The notes: generated from the letters alone by a model not told the origin. DNA of 64,000 bases from Eledone cirrhosa (GCA_964016885.1 OZ024748.1:29884001-29948000); one strand, 5' to 3'. Shown: positions 36,963-50,980, numbered from the stretch's first letter. Made by a program: numbers and translations.

Positions 36963-37112
36963 TTTGCAGCAAAGAGTTGTGGCCCTTTATGATCTGAGTT
37001 CAAATCCCGCCGAGGTTAATTTTGCCTTTCATCCTTACGGGGTCGATAAAATAAAGTGCCAGTAATACACTGCGATAATTGCTGACCTTATCCCAAAAGT
37101 AGAAACAATTAT
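36963..37112 (+). mobile_element. tRNA-SINE with Nin/Deu-like domain (5' truncated)
   Basis: Same consensus as 19611-19799. Confidence 0.82.
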
Positions 37113-37661
37113 TGTGTATATATCGTGTCCACCATCCACCGACTGATAGACAACAAGCAGGCAGACTCACCATGCCTGCCAGTATCAAAGACCGAATATA
37201 AGAAATTGACAGCGAAGATGCGTACGCATTGACATATCACCACCCCACTACTCTAGTATAGAAGAACTGCCTCGACCTTTGTCTGACCGCAGCTATTCCA
37301 CGCGCACACGCGCCCTACAGATTAGATCAGTTGTACGCACATGATAAACAATAGAGGCCACTAGTTGTCTCTCTTCGACAAAAAACTTTTCCCCTCGGAA
37401 AACCCCCAGTTGATGGATGCGAAATCCGAAATATAGGGACAATTAAATCACTTCCGAGGTAACTCTATCTCGGGTTATTATTTTTACACTTTTTCCTAAG
37501 TTCATCTACACCCTCTACGTCTCATTCTACATTTCCTCTTACACCCCCCACCCCCGCACTCCCCCTCTCTCTCATTACCACCTGATTCTGTTACCCGGAG
37601 ATTTACCCATCTGCATTGTTGAGGCTTCCAAAACGACCAATTATATGTATATATATGTATA

Positions 37662-37763
<102 letters not shown>

Positions 37764-37798
37764 CAAGATGTATGGTAGGTCGTATGTATATATATATA

Positions 37799-37990
37799 TA
37801 ATAGGAACGAGTAGGACCCCAACGGCTGAGCTCAAGCCGTTTCGACGGCTAATTCTGAATTAGCCGTCAAAACGGCTTGAGCTCAGCCGTCGGGGTCCTA
37901 CTCGTTCCTATTACCCACTCTACTACCCTAAGTATTGAGTACTTTGGTGCGTTATGGTCCACCTGGTTCCTTACCACATTTCCTTCGTTA
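37799..37990 (+). mobile_element. Short HHR-fragment element with fold-back centred at 37856
   Basis: 57-bp arms around GACGGCTAATTC-T-GAATTAGCCGTC; same family as 29673-29833; (TA)n on both sides. Confidence 0.78.
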
Positions 37991-38303
37991 TATATATATA
38001 TATATATATTGTAAGAAAATCAAGGATAAGCTATTAATACTTATTCATACATCTCTACGAACGTTTCAATACGGCTACAATATCACATCCATTTGCAGAG
38101 CAACTGGAGATTATTAGTCAATATTTATCTCCTTTATAGGTGCTTTATCCCAACTATATCTCTTCAGGAAATATTTAGTACAAAAATAATGAATACCGTA
38201 ATCAAGATAGCGATAAGAAACAAAATGCATACAGCTTTCAGAAGTTTTTATAGGTTTTTTCACAAAATCATGCTAGGTTATATAATTTTTTCCAGGAATG
38301 TTG

Positions 38304-38571
38304 GTTAGATAGCTAGGAATTGGTTAATGTAGAAGGTGCTGAATGTTAGTTAGATAGCTAGGAATTGGTTAATGTCGAAGGTGGTTAAAGTTAGTTAGAT
38401 AGCTAGGAATTGGTTAATGTAGAAGGTGGTCAAAGTTAGTTAGATAGCTAGGAATTGGTTAATGTAGAAGGTGGTCAAAGTTAGTTAGATAGCTAGGAAT
38501 TGGTTAATATAGAAGGTGGTCAAAGTTAGTTAGATAGCTAGGAATTGGTTAATATAGAAGGTGGTTAAAGT
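38304..38571. repeat. 45-bp minisatellite, about 6 copies
   Basis: GTTAGATAGCTAGGAATTGGTTAATGTAGAAGGTGGTCAAAGTTA at 38304, 38349, 38394 and onward. Confidence 0.95.
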
Positions 38572-39004
38572 TTTTCTTTATAAAGTTAGAATAGTTTTTT
38601 TATTTAGTTATAAGAGAAAAATCTAAAAATCAATCGGCAGTTATTTTCGTTAGTTAGCGTTTTACGTATGTATAGGAAAAATATCTTATATATAGAAATA
38701 GAAATATTCTCATATATAGTAGAGGTATACAATTACCAAGTATATTTGCTAATCTGGTTCTAAAATTGAAGTGGAATCGTTTCATTCTTTATAATGGTGA
38801 GGTATTTTGATTATTGTGCAATTTAATTTTCTTATGTTTATCGTAGCTTTAAACGTAGAGATATATACGATATATTTTCTATACATGCGTGCCTAAAACG
38901 CTAACTAATGAAAATAACTACGAAGTGGCTTTCATAAATATATATATATATATATAAATGATAAGTATAGAAATTGTTGTAGCGAGAAGCAAACAGTATT
39001 CCAT

Positions 39005-39040
<36 letters not shown>

Positions 39041-39930
39041 GGTCCTCTGGAGGATTTTCGTCCTCAGTCGACTGGACTATTGTGGTTCTCCCACAGTGTC
39101 AAACTGACTGCAGAAGTTGAAGCAATTTAACGGAGCTACACCAAGAGGTCTATGTTTTTTCTGTTGTTTGTGGTTAAGTGGTTGTTTGTTTTTGTGTGTT
39201 TGCTTGTTTTGTGTGTTGTTGTGGTGGTGGTGGTGGTTTTGATGTTGGTGTTCGTAAGAGTAATTTTTTTTTTTTGAAAAGTTTGTCTGTAAAGAGCAGG
39301 AGGCCTTTAAATGCGATGTGCTGGAACATCGAAAGCAGTGCAGCCATCTACCTTCAGTAGAAATGTTGATGTGGCTGTTGTTGTCCACTAGTACCCTCTC
39401 CGGATTCTTGGAGATTCTCTCCGACCTCTACTGTACTAGAAGTTCCAAATTTGTACCAGCCCACATGTGTCTGGTTGATTTTTTGATGGAGAGGATGGTG
39501 TCCTCTTCCTCCTCTAAAAATCCTGCCAAAATCCACCAAATATTGATATTTGGTGGTATATTGGAGATTTTTATTTTCTGAGTTCTTTTTCCGAGGTAAT
39601 TAGGGAAAAGGGTATAGTTGGCAGATGTGATCGGAGTCACCGAATATTTTTGTGCGAGGGCCTCGCTTTTGAGAAGCACCGAAATGCTTCCATACTGTCT
39701 GGCAATCTGCATGAAATCTATATCCGGCAACGCCTCTTTCAATACCGCTTCTATTTCCCCTTGACTGTTGAATGCCGGCTTTCTTGTATCATTTGCGACA
39801 GTTCTGAAAGTAATAGTCCTTCGGAGAGTTTCAAAGCGGATTTCGGGGAGGGGGGGGGGGGGTAAACACACCCTTTTCTTCGAAAATCACAAATTTTTTC
39901 CCTCACTCAGCATCTCGCTAGCATGGGAGA
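39041..39930 (-). mobile_element. Tx1-type ORF1 (gag-like) relic
   Basis: ORFs 39428..39871 (YLGKRTQKIKISNIPP) and 39077..39388 with knuckle CFRCSSTSHLKASC. Confidence 0.65.
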
Positions 39931-39975
39931 TATCTAAATTTTTTTAATCTTGTTTTTTTTGTTAGTTTCAGCGAA

Positions 39976-40013
<38 letters not shown>

Positions 40014-40958
40014 TATTGTTGTTGTTGTGGTTGTCACTTTTTTGGTTTATGGTTGTGGAAATTGTCTCATTATCTATGGTTTTTGTTGTGTGTTCTGTGC
40101 TGTGTAGTTCATTCAGTGAGTCACTTGTTTCGCCTTCTTGGCGAAAAGCTATGTTGTGACTATTTGTAACTATGCAGGCAGACGGCTTGGAAACGTTAAC
40201 TGTTACCTTCCTCTCTCCACTAGCTTCAGCATCGGACACTAGCGTTCGTTCTTCGCTAGCCACTGTTGATCGTAAAATAATTTTTTTTTCTTTCAAAAGT
40301 TTATCAAATAAAATTTCCGACCCTGTGGGGCGAAAAATGAGGTTACCCACCGGTTACTGGTGGTCGAATTGTTTGATCTCCATGTTGGTGGTGGTGTGGA
40401 TGTTTGGTGGCGTGGGAAAACATTTCAGGAGTATACGGTTGAGGGGTTTTGGCCACAGGGGTCCAACGTCATGGGGAAAGTTTTCTTTAATAAAACTGTA
40501 AGTTTGTGTTGGAACTCGTATCAGTTTTAGGTGTGGTGTTGTGCTGGTGTTGGTATTTGTTTTGCTGGTAGGGGCTTTTGGTTGTGGTGGTGTCTGTGTT
40601 GTTGGTGTGGTTGTCGTTTGTGGTGGTGGTTGTGTGCATGTGTTGGTGGTTGGTGCTTTTATGTTTTTGCAGTGTCTCTTTTTTGTTTTTTGTTTTATTT
40701 TGGGGGCTCCTCTTCATCCTCGCTCGGCGAAAAGGTGGTTGCCGTGTATGTGGAAGGGGTTTGTTGTGTGGTGGTGGAGTGTTAAACAGAGGGGGAAGGG
40801 GTAAGATAGAGTCATTCAGTGGAATCTTTGGTGTGGATAGATAGATTGAGAGGTGGACAGTTAGACAGATAGATAGATAAAGAGAGAGAGGGGGAGAGAG
40901 AGAGGCAGATAGATTAATTGATAGATAGATAGATATATAGATAGACAGAGAGACGGGC

Positions 40959-40993
<35 letters not shown>

Positions 40994-41672
40994 TATATTT
41001 CTTTATTAGCCACAAGGGCGCACAAGAAAAGGAGACAAAACAAAGACACATGCCGGGGAATTTATATACAATCGTGTAAAAATATGAAACAAACAAATAT
41101 ATAGATAGATGATAGATAGATAAATTGACAGGCTGACGGACACTATATATATATATATATAGAGAGAGAGAGGGGGGGAGATACATTGATAGATAGATAG
41201 ACATCGATATGTGGACCAAATAAAGGAGGGGTAGGAGTGAATAGAGATCTAGGTCAGAGAAGACATTAGACGAGGCATGTTACATCCATTGATGATATGT
41301 GTGGACGCATTCCAAACATTACATGCGTGCCGCAATTGTGTGCAGCGTGGAGCCATGCTGTTACACATTTTGTTAATATTCCTTTCTGCTATTCTTTTAT
41401 TCTTTTACTGCTTTCACTCCTTTGACTGCGGCCATGCTGGGGCACCGCCATGAAAGTTATAGCCGTTCATATTGACTTCAAAACTATTCTTTTTTTCCAA
41501 ATCTGGAAGTCTGGTAATTTATTTTAGACAACACACATATACAAACACACAAACACGCACACACTATATATATATATATAATAGAAAAAATGAGAAAGTT
41601 TCGTTTACATATGAAAAATATGTGACAAAAAATATATTTTTGAACAAAAATATATTTTTTGTGACATCACCA

Positions 41673-41756
41673 GTCTGACGAGCAGATTGATACTGGGGTC
41701 GGGTCCATAACTTCCATGGGTCACCTTGAGCCAATCCTCTGCGAAACGTGCGTAAC
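41673..41756 (+). ncRNA. Type I HHR with long stem II, between short inverted repeats (41574-41621 and 41774-41822)
   Basis: GU-CUGACGA-GCAGA-UUG...CAA-UCC-UCUGC-GAAAC(GUGC)GUA-AC; stem I only 2 bp. Confidence 0.62.
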
Positions 41757-41904
41757 ATATCGATACGCATTAAATATTTTTCATATGTAAACGAAACTTC
41801 CTCGTTTTTTCTATTATATATACTTTGCCTGTGCATAGAGTGCTTGATTTGGTACCTACACCAGTATTTCACTGTACAACCCACACTATAAATATATATA
41901 TGTA

Positions 41905-43076
41905 TATAGTTTGTTCTCCAAATTTAGGGTCACGTCCAAGATAGCACAGATATGGGACGTTTGTAAGGAAACCCTGAAACCTAATTCACGAACGAACTTG
42001 ATGAGGTGTTTACGGACTCGGTCCATACTACTACTGGGGCTGTATCCAGTAAGAGTAACGAGCCCGTCGTCTCTAATCAAACTCCCTCAGCACGCAGGAG
42101 ACCTTTCAATAAGCTTTTGGTGTATGTTCTGGCCTATTAGGTGTCGTGACCTTGGCCGAGTCGGTGGCTCCCGTACTAACATCAGAGGGTGAGTCTGGGG
42201 CACGTTTTATCCTGGTCGAATCTTCGAAAAGTAATACAGTCTTCCTAGCGTGGGAAATAGTATCAATTTTCGTCGTCACTCATAGGTGTAATAGTTTTGG
42301 CATATTCAATAGCGTCCTTTAGAAGAGGTTGGGTAATAGAGGCGTAGTAATTGTCGATGTCGAACTGGATAAATGTAGTATTCTCCTTTCCAACGATACT
42401 GTGAAACCAGGAGATGACTTCCTGAGTACTATTTCATAGTCTGAGCCTTGCTTTTACTTATTTTCCCTATGCCAGACATCGTCAGGTTTATGAGCCTGAT
42501 GGTAGGTTTGCGATCGAAGTTTAGTTTGTGGTCCTCGAGGGTGAAAAATGGAACATGGGGGTTGATTAGTTCAGTTCGATCGGAAAGCAGGAGGTGATCT
42601 TTTGTCCCTTTGTATTTATATTCTAGATCATGGAAGGATTGAATTTTCTATACGTGGAGGTCAAGCTGTTCTTAATTAGGGAGTGATAGCTGCCTGTGTT
42701 GACAAAATATAAATTGCCGGTTTTATCTGAGTGCCCGAGGATGGCGTTGGTGCTTCTGTACTCCGATATCTTGTTACGGAGTTGTTGCTGGAATCGATTT
42801 TTTTCGGTGCTTGAATTTAACACCTTTGACCAGGTTGAATAGGTCGGTCTCAAACGGCAAGAGCAGCGGGTTCTGCTGAGGAGTCCTGTAAGTATTAAAT
42901 CCGTATGTATCTTTTTGGTCAAGCTCCTGAGAGTCGTTGCGTCTATCGTAGAAGAACGCTCTCCATCTCAAATGTTTCACGAACGTGTCGATTTTTTGAG
43001 TGAAAATTGCTAAGTAGATTATTTTCGGAGGAATTGAAATATTCTTCGTCGAAAGGTCGATGAGGTGTCGTCGCAT
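41905..43076 (-). pseudogene. Decayed RT of a third PLE lineage
   Basis: KNISIP...HLRWRAFF, FETDL, SDKTGNLY, FIQFDIDNYYASI, RDDGL, LDVTLNL across frameshifts. Confidence 0.78.
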
Positions 43077-43459
43077 GATGGGTACAGTAACCAGACTGGG
43101 AACAAAAACGTGTTTATAAGAGCCGGGATATTTTTTTCAGTTCAAGTTTTTACTCGAATGTAAATAATATAACAACGATATTAATCCAATTGTAAATAAA
43201 AGTGTATATAACGATTCGAATGTAAATAAAAGCATATGTAATTTTATATATATATTCTCATTCTCGCAGTGGTGGTGGTAGGAATGGTGTGGTGATGGTA
43301 TTGGTTGTGTGTTGGTGGTGGTGTGGTAGTGATGTTGGTAATGGTGGTCATGCGGTGGTGTTGGTGGTGTGGTGGTGATGGTGTTGTTGGTGGTGTGGTA
43401 GTGGTGTTGATGTGGTGGTAATGGTGGCCGTGTGCTAGTATATATATATATATATGTGT

Positions 43460-43490
<31 letters not shown>

Positions 43491-43749
43491 AACCCACCTA
43501 AGCACCTTCTCCTCTCAGTAGGGTGAGTTAAGTTACACGAGAAGGCCAGGAGTTGGGCTTGGGCGCATGTCGTGAGGAGCGTTTTTTAAGCAGTGCGAGC
43601 CCATCCTTACTGCCACCATATATGAAGGTCGTCTGCTCCATACAAAGCTTGACGATTTCTTGCACTTTATGTCTGTTCCTTCCTGGCATGAGATCTTAAA
43701 TGGATTTAGAGTCCTGAAAGCCTGCGAAAGACCCGTCCACAAATAATAT

Positions 43750-44347
43750 AATGATGTCTCATTTCATTCTTATTCTCACTTTGGGTTTGTTTATTGTGTA
43801 TGTTCAGATGTCATTCAATCCACCACCTGATTTGCAAATTTTCTGACAAACATGGCACTGGAACTGATTCTCTACAACGAAGTTTGAATAGTTAACTTTG
43901 AATTAACCATCATGTGTTCACTGGTGTGACTTTCAAAAGCTCTAATTCCATTCCAAATGACATTTCTCCATGCCACTCTATCTACTACACATGATTCAAG
44001 AGTTTTGTAGGATATGTTAAATTAAGAGTTTTGTAGGATATGTTAAATTCGCCTTTAAAAGTCTCTGTATATCCTCCTTAGTTTATTATTTAACCTATTA
44101 ATCCAGCTTAAGTTCGCCATAAAACATTTTCTCCAGGATGCGTCCGTCACCCATACAAATCATGTTACTTGTCCATCTTAATTGATTCCTAATAAGCATA
44201 GCTTGAGTATATGTAACTTTTGTCCCAGCAAAAATCTCAGTGTCTGGAACAATGTCTGGAACGAATGCCGGAGGCATTTTAGGGAAAACTGCTTCAACAT
44301 TTTAACATGCCGTGTATACAACACCCATGTCTCAGATGAATACAATA

Positions 44348-44348
<1 letters not shown>
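43750..44348 (-). mobile_element. RTE-type LINE 3' fragment
   Basis: LYSSETWVLYTRHVKML...CLRH and RILEKMFYGEL motifs. Confidence 0.62.
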
Positions 44349-44431
<83 letters not shown>

Positions 44432-44437
<6 letters not shown>

Positions 44438-44566
44438 TTAGAAATTATAAGCTTTCACCGTATTTTAGACTAAAGAAATTTCTAGCCTGATAGTGGGGTT
44501 TATAAACCCCACTATCAGGCTAGAAATTTCTTTAGTCTAAAATACGGTGAAAGCTTATAATTTCTA

Positions 44567-44573
<7 letters not shown>
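44432..44573. repeat. Perfect palindrome, 71-bp arms, no loop, flanked by (TA)n on both sides
   Basis: Centre GTGGGGTTTA|TAAACCCCAC preceded by CTGATA. Confidence 0.95.
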
Positions 44574-44644
<71 letters not shown>

Positions 44645-44774
44645 GATAGTGGTGATGGTAGTGATGGTGGTGATGGTGGTGATGGAGGTGATGGTAACGA
44701 TGGTAGATTACACAAAACATTTTAGCTGACATAAACCACAAGCCTATATATCAGTTATTGGATACTTTTCTACA

Positions 44775-45329
44775 TAATATCATATCTCCTATATTCCTAC
44801 ATGATATCATAGTTCCTATATTCCTACATGATATCATAGTTCCTATATTGCTACATGATAACATCATAGTTCCTATATTGCTACATGATAACATCATAGT
44901 TCCTATATTGCTACATGATATCATAGTTCCTATATTCCTACATGATATCATAGTTCCTATATTCCTACATGATATCATAGTTTCTATATTCCTACATGAT
45001 ATTATAGTTCCTATATTGCTACATGATAACATCATAGTTCCTATATTGCTACATGATATCATAGTTCCTATATTCCTACATGATATCATAGTTCCTATAT
45101 TGCTACATATCATAGTTCCTATATTCCTACATGATATCATAGTTCCTATATTGCTACATGATATCATCATAGTTCCTATATTGCTACATGATATCATAGT
45201 TCCTATATTCCTACATGATATCATAGTTCCTATATTGCTACATGATATCATAGTTCCTATATTCCTACATGATATCATAGTTCCTATATTGCTACATGAT
45301 ATCATCATAGTTTCTATATTGCTACATGA
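44775..45329. repeat. 24-30 bp minisatellite
   Basis: ATATCATAGTTCCTATATT(C/G)CTACATG repeated. Confidence 0.95.
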
Positions 45330-45689
45330 TGTAAAGATAGAATTTGTTATGTGGCTGTTCCGTTTATATAGCAGACGAATAGTTAATGTTGAGGAACATA
45401 CAGGTAATAACTGTGGTGGTGGTGGGGATGATGCATGGAGGGGGTGATTGCAGGTGGTGCAGCTAATGATGAAGTAGAGATGGTGGTGGTGGTGGTGGTG
45501 ATAGTGTGTGGGGGTGATTATGGTGGGGTTTGTGGAGGTGGTTGAGCTGGTTGTGATGTTGATGATACTGATGATGGTAGTTGTGTTGATGGTGATGCTG
45601 ATGGTATTGATGATTGTGGCTGTTGTGTTTGTGGTGTGATAGTGGTGATGGTGGTGATGGTGGCAACTGTGGCGATGAGGGTAGTGATA

Positions 45690-46385
45690 ATGGTGATGGT
45701 GGTGATTGTAGGGATGATGGTGAAGGCGGTGGTGATGGTGGTGATTGTAGGGATGATGGTGAAGGCGGTGGTGATGGTGGTGATTGTAGGGATGATGGTG
45801 AAGGCGGTGGTGATGGTGGTGATGGTGGTGATTGTAGGGATGATGGTGAAGGCGGTGGTGATGGTGGTGATGGTGGTGATTGTAGGGATGATGGTGAAGG
45901 CGGTGGTGATGGTGGTGATTGTAGGGATGATGGTGAAGGCGGTGGTGATGGTGGTGATTGTAGGGATGATGGTGAAGGCGGTGGTGATGGTGGTGATTGT
46001 AGGGATGATGGTGAAGGCGGTGGTGATGGTGGTGATGGTGGTGATTGTAGGGATGATGGTGAAGGCGGTGGTGATGGTGGTGATGGTGGTGATTGTAGGG
46101 ATGATGGTGAAGGCGGTGGTGATGGTGGTGATTGTAGGGATGATGGTGAAGGCGGTGGTGATGGTGGTGATTGGAGCGATGAGGGTGAAGGCGGTGGTGA
46201 TGGTGGTGATTGTAGGGATGATGGTGAAGGCGGTGGTGATGGTGGTGATGGTGGTGATTGGAGCGATGATGGTGAAGGCGGTGGTGATGGTGGTGATGGT
46301 GGTGATTGTAGGGATGATGGTGAAGGCGGTGGTGATGGTGGTGATTGTAGGGATGATGGTGAAGGCGGTGGTGATGGTGGTGGCG
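45690..46385. repeat. 39/48-bp minisatellite within (GGT/GAT)n
   Basis: GGTGGTGATTGTAGGGATGATGGTGAAGGCGGTGGTGAT repeated. Confidence 0.95.
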
Positions 46386-46719
46386 ATAGTTTTGAAAATG
46401 TTGATAGTGATGACGATGATGTTTGATGGTGGTAATGATGTTGATGGTGGCGATGATGTTGATGGAAGTAATGGTGGTAGCGACGGTGGTGTTGGTGTTG
46501 GTGGTGAAGAAGTTGATTGTGTTGATGTAGGTAATGAAAATAATATCATTAAAAAAAAAAACGCGCCAAAAACTATCACGCTACGCACAACGTGACACTT
46601 TGTTTACAACAATAGTGAAGGCGGGAATTTTTGATGGAGGAGATGGAAGTAGGTTTAAGTTAGGTGTATTTTGGCAGAGAGAAATATTTTTACACACATA
46701 CATATACACGTATATACAT

Positions 46720-46768
<49 letters not shown>

Positions 46769-47539
46769 AATGCCTGGGTAGTTAGCACCTGAGGTTAACT
46801 CTACATGTGTACCTGGGTATTTAGTGCCCTGGGTTAACCCTGCAATATACGCCCCATTTAATAATTTAAACATAGAGTTTGGCAAGCTGACAAACCTAGT
46901 TTTTGACATTTCTGGCTCTGACTGACTACACTAAGAAAAGGATTCAGCTAGCATTTTCTACTACGCCGTCCACACTCACCCACACCAAATCATGTTGGAA
47001 GTCATAACAACATATAACCCTCTCTGTCGCATTGGTTGTTTACACAGCGCTGCTATATGGCAAACGTATATAGGAATTATTACATATCTATATACATTAA
47101 ATATACTATATTAGCTGACCTGTGCCTTCAAAAATGAGGGCTAATTGTAATATCTATACATAATATAAAAAAGAGATGTTTGTTTGTTGGCTGGTTGGCT
47201 GCTTCCTTCGCGCTCACACACACAAGTGATACAAACATGTATATAGGACACTATTGTAAGGTGCTGCCTGTGTTTTCACCGGTATACAGATAATTAATTT
47301 AGGGTACTGTCTCATCTATATATAAAATAATTACTGGGCTCGATTCTTGGACCGGGTGGTGCGTTGATGTATTCAGCAAAACACTTCATTTCACCTGGCT
47401 CCAGTATTTTTAGCTGAATAATAGCTGAGAGTTAACCTTGCGATGTACTGTCTTTTACTTTTACTTTCAGTTACTTAACGCTGATGAAACCGGGCTCCCG
47501 TCTGATGAGTATCCGGGATTGGGATAGATCTTAACGTAT

Positions 47540-49260
47540 ATGTTCACGTCTTTATCAATTGGGATTTTAATGGACAATTTTCTATTCAAGACAACCCGAA
47601 CCTTCATATTTCTGTGCAGTCAGACAAACATATCAAAAACGTTGGTGGGCACCCTATTTTCCCTATTATTTTCCACGGCGCACCTCTGTTCACCGTATCA
47701 AAAGCCTTTGTCAGATCAACAAAAACCTGATACAGAGGAAAACCCGATGCACAATACATTTCTCCTGAATCTGCATTGCAGAAAAGAGCATATGAATCGT
47801 CCCTCTGCCACATCTAAATCCACTTTGTAATTCAGGGATAAATGTAGGATAAATATCAACCTGTTCACGAATAATCTAGCAAGAACTTTGTCCACAAATT
47901 TCAACAGGGTGATGCCACAGTAGTGATCGCAAAATCCATTATCCATTTTACCTTTAAAGAAGGTCACCAAGATACCATCTATCCAATCTTGTGGTATAGG
48001 AGCACCAGCCCAGCATTCTGTGATGAGATGGAGTATTGTTTGTATTTTGTTCCACAGGGAGTTCATCTGATTCAGGTACCTCATCCGTGTTTAACCGGTT
48101 GATGGCCATTTAAACCTCATTATGATCTCGTAATCGATCCATTTTAATATTTACAACACATTGGGGGATGCCATCTAACACATGCTATGTTCTTATCATC
48201 GCTTAAGGATTCCTTGATGATGGCAATGTCATCTTTGGACCTTTTGGGAAGACGAAGTTGGACCATATACTGCACGCAAAAGATTATAAAACAGTTTTGA
48301 ATCCTTTGTGCTATAAGCACTTTGAATATCTTCAGAGATCTTCAGCCACCATTTATTTTTAAACCTTCTAAGTTCGTGTTGTAAGGTGGCTTTATATTCT
48401 TTGTATGTCTTTTTAATAGCAGTTAGATTCGTAGGGCACTCTCCCAAAAACTTTTCATATAGCGCATTTTTTTTTTTAATAACCTGATTATTATCAAAAA
48501 AACACAAAGAATGGTTTCATTCTTTGTGTTTTCTTTTTCGCCCGGAATTCATGTCCTGCTCTTGCTGTATACAATTGATCCCTGAAGTTTATTTACGTTC
48601 CATCAAAGTCAATATTATCCACACGTACTCCTTGCTGTTTTAACTTTCCAACATCAATACGCTTCAGTGTTTTGATCCTACACATACGACTTTTCATAAT
48701 TGTTTTACTATGTCCTTCACTTTTTCTTTTTCTGCTTGAATGAACCACCGTTAGCCGCAGTAAACTCCCAACGTTGATGTGACAGGTAATTTTCAATGCA
48801 CATTCCCAAGAATTTGGGTGAGCAGTGCTCTCCCTAATAGGGCTGCTCAGACACAGGAATCCCCACTGGAGTTAGCCCCTGTCACTGGAAGACACAACAA
48901 CAAAGACCCTTTCCACCTATGTGTAGATTTGCAACTATATGCTTCCAACTGGTCAGGTCTGCACAGGTCACCACTCCTCCATCGCCATAGGACTTTCAGC
49001 TGTAAAAATGACAGATGAGAAGATCACGAAAGAGACATCTGTACCTCATTGGATTATAGTGGCAGATGCTTGTACTACAGGAACACCACTCTCTAAGTTT
49101 CAGTGATTATTGTCTGGTGACAGGCCTAAGCCAGATGACCTGTAATCATATCAACCACAGGTTTTATTTCACAGTTTTCCCTCTTTTAGAAAGATACTGT
49201 AACAACAACTCGGGGTCCTTCACTCTCAGTGGATTTTCTTTTTACCCATCTGCAGGCCAC
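47540..49260 (-). mobile_element. Decayed RTE-clade LINE (upstream linker to RT)
   Basis: IPQDWIDGILVTFFKGK...GITLL..KVLARL, VFVDLTKAFDTVNR...KIGCP, LRAVYGP; 5' boundary approximate. Confidence 0.78.
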
Positions 49261-49761
49261 CACACCTGTAAATGAGTTACAATGATTCGCTGACTTTTTC
49301 ATAAACGTAGACCAGGGACTCGATCCTATTTGATAGTTAAAATGTTAAAAAAAAAATTATTTTTAAGTTTTATAAGATCTTTTAAGGTTGTAAAGGGTTT
49401 TGAAAGGTTTTAGAAGTTTTTTTTAAAGATTTTAAAAAAAGATTTTTTATCAAATATATATATGCACACATATACATGCTTACAATCAACCCCCCCCCCC
49501 CCCACCACCATACACACACTCAGTATATACATATTTACACACTATTGATGGCCGTTGACTCTTATGGGTTAATCCGCCCTTTGTCAGGTTTTGTTTTTCG
49601 TCTCGCAGGATGCCCAAAATTACCCTCCTCACCAAGCAAGCTTGATAGAGCTGCCGGTTTAGTCGCCGACGACCCAACCATGCGACAATTTGTACTGGGT
49701 TACATGTTTTCCTGTAGCACTCAAGAGCAACCTGAGCATACATACATACATGCAAGATAAA

Positions 49762-50790
49762 AAAAAATGGACCAATGTGCATGGGTACGTGAGACGAAAA
49801 ACACAGACCATAGAGGGGATAAATCATTCAAAAAGCCTCGCAGGGAGTTCCGACAAGTTTATGACATCCCACGTTGAAGGATATCTCTATGCAATACAGG
49901 AACAAGAAATCCCTACCAAATATCTGCTACACAAAAGAGGAGGGCCATCAGTCGATAATAAATGTAGGCTTTGTAAAACAAGGATCGAAGATGTTAGCCA
50001 CATTGTTGCCAACTGCGAAAGAATGTCGTCTCGTTACTACCTCCCTATGAGGCACGATGGGATAGCTAGAACCATCTGGAACGCACTTAGGAAAACAAAA
50101 TTAAAAACAAATGAGGAGGAATATGTTGAGATAGATGGTACTAAGGAATACTGGTGGATCTTGAAAATAAAAATTGCCACCAAATTAAAGCACAACCGGC
50201 CTGATATTGTTGTTTGGGACCACACAGTGAAAACGTGCTCTGCTGTAGAGATCAGGTGCTCACTTGATGTCAACGTTGTAAGACAAATATAAGAGAAGGA
50301 GGACATCTACGGACCATTGATGAAGAGTTTGCAGATCCTGTATCCAAGATACACGTTCAGCTTCATACCCATCCTTCCCGCTTGGACCAAAGTATAATTG
50401 AATTTGGATTTGTGGACAAAGAGCGCAGCTCCTTAATTCATAGACTACAAATGGCTGTGATAGCTGGCACCTTCAAAATTTGCGAAACATTCTTGCGATT
50501 CAAGGGATGACAATTTCTTTTCTTTTACAACCTTGCCACCAAGAAGGTGGCCTTTCACAAATGTACTCGAAATTAAGAGAAAGAGAAACATACATACATT
50601 TACTAATGAGAAATCTGCAGATACTCCACCCTGACTATACCTTCAGATTTATACCTGTGATTATTGGGGTACTTGGATATGTTAGTAACTGCCTCAGTAT
50701 AAATCTTGAGAAGCTGGGCTTCACAGAAACAGAAAGAACACAACTAGTTAGGAAATGACAAGTACAATCCATTAATGTAACAGTAAAAAT
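49762..50790 (+). mobile_element. R4/Dong-type non-LTR 3' fragments (CCHC plus restriction-like endonuclease), C-terminus duplicated
   Basis: AIQEQ, CRLC...HIVANC, RHD, HNRPDIVV, VEI; the LQILYP/LQILHP block occurs twice. Confidence 0.82.
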
Positions 50791-50800
50791 TATACACACA

Positions 50801-50892
<92 letters not shown>

Positions 50893-50901
50893 CATATATA
50901 C

Positions 50902-50980
<79 letters not shown>

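Noticed and set aside
38304-38571. Regular repeats resembling a CRISPR array (also 28693-28895)
   Set aside because: Head-to-tail units without unique spacers, eukaryotic context, no cas genes.
44751-46595. Repetitive ORFs (ISCRNIGT, GDGGDCRDD, TITTAFTIIP)
   Set aside because: Open in several frames on both strands; simple minisatellite translations.
47483-47530. Two CTGATGA motifs (another at 53704)
   Set aside because: No correctly placed GAAA, stem III or stem I; the 47.5-kb ones lie in a SINE-like tail.
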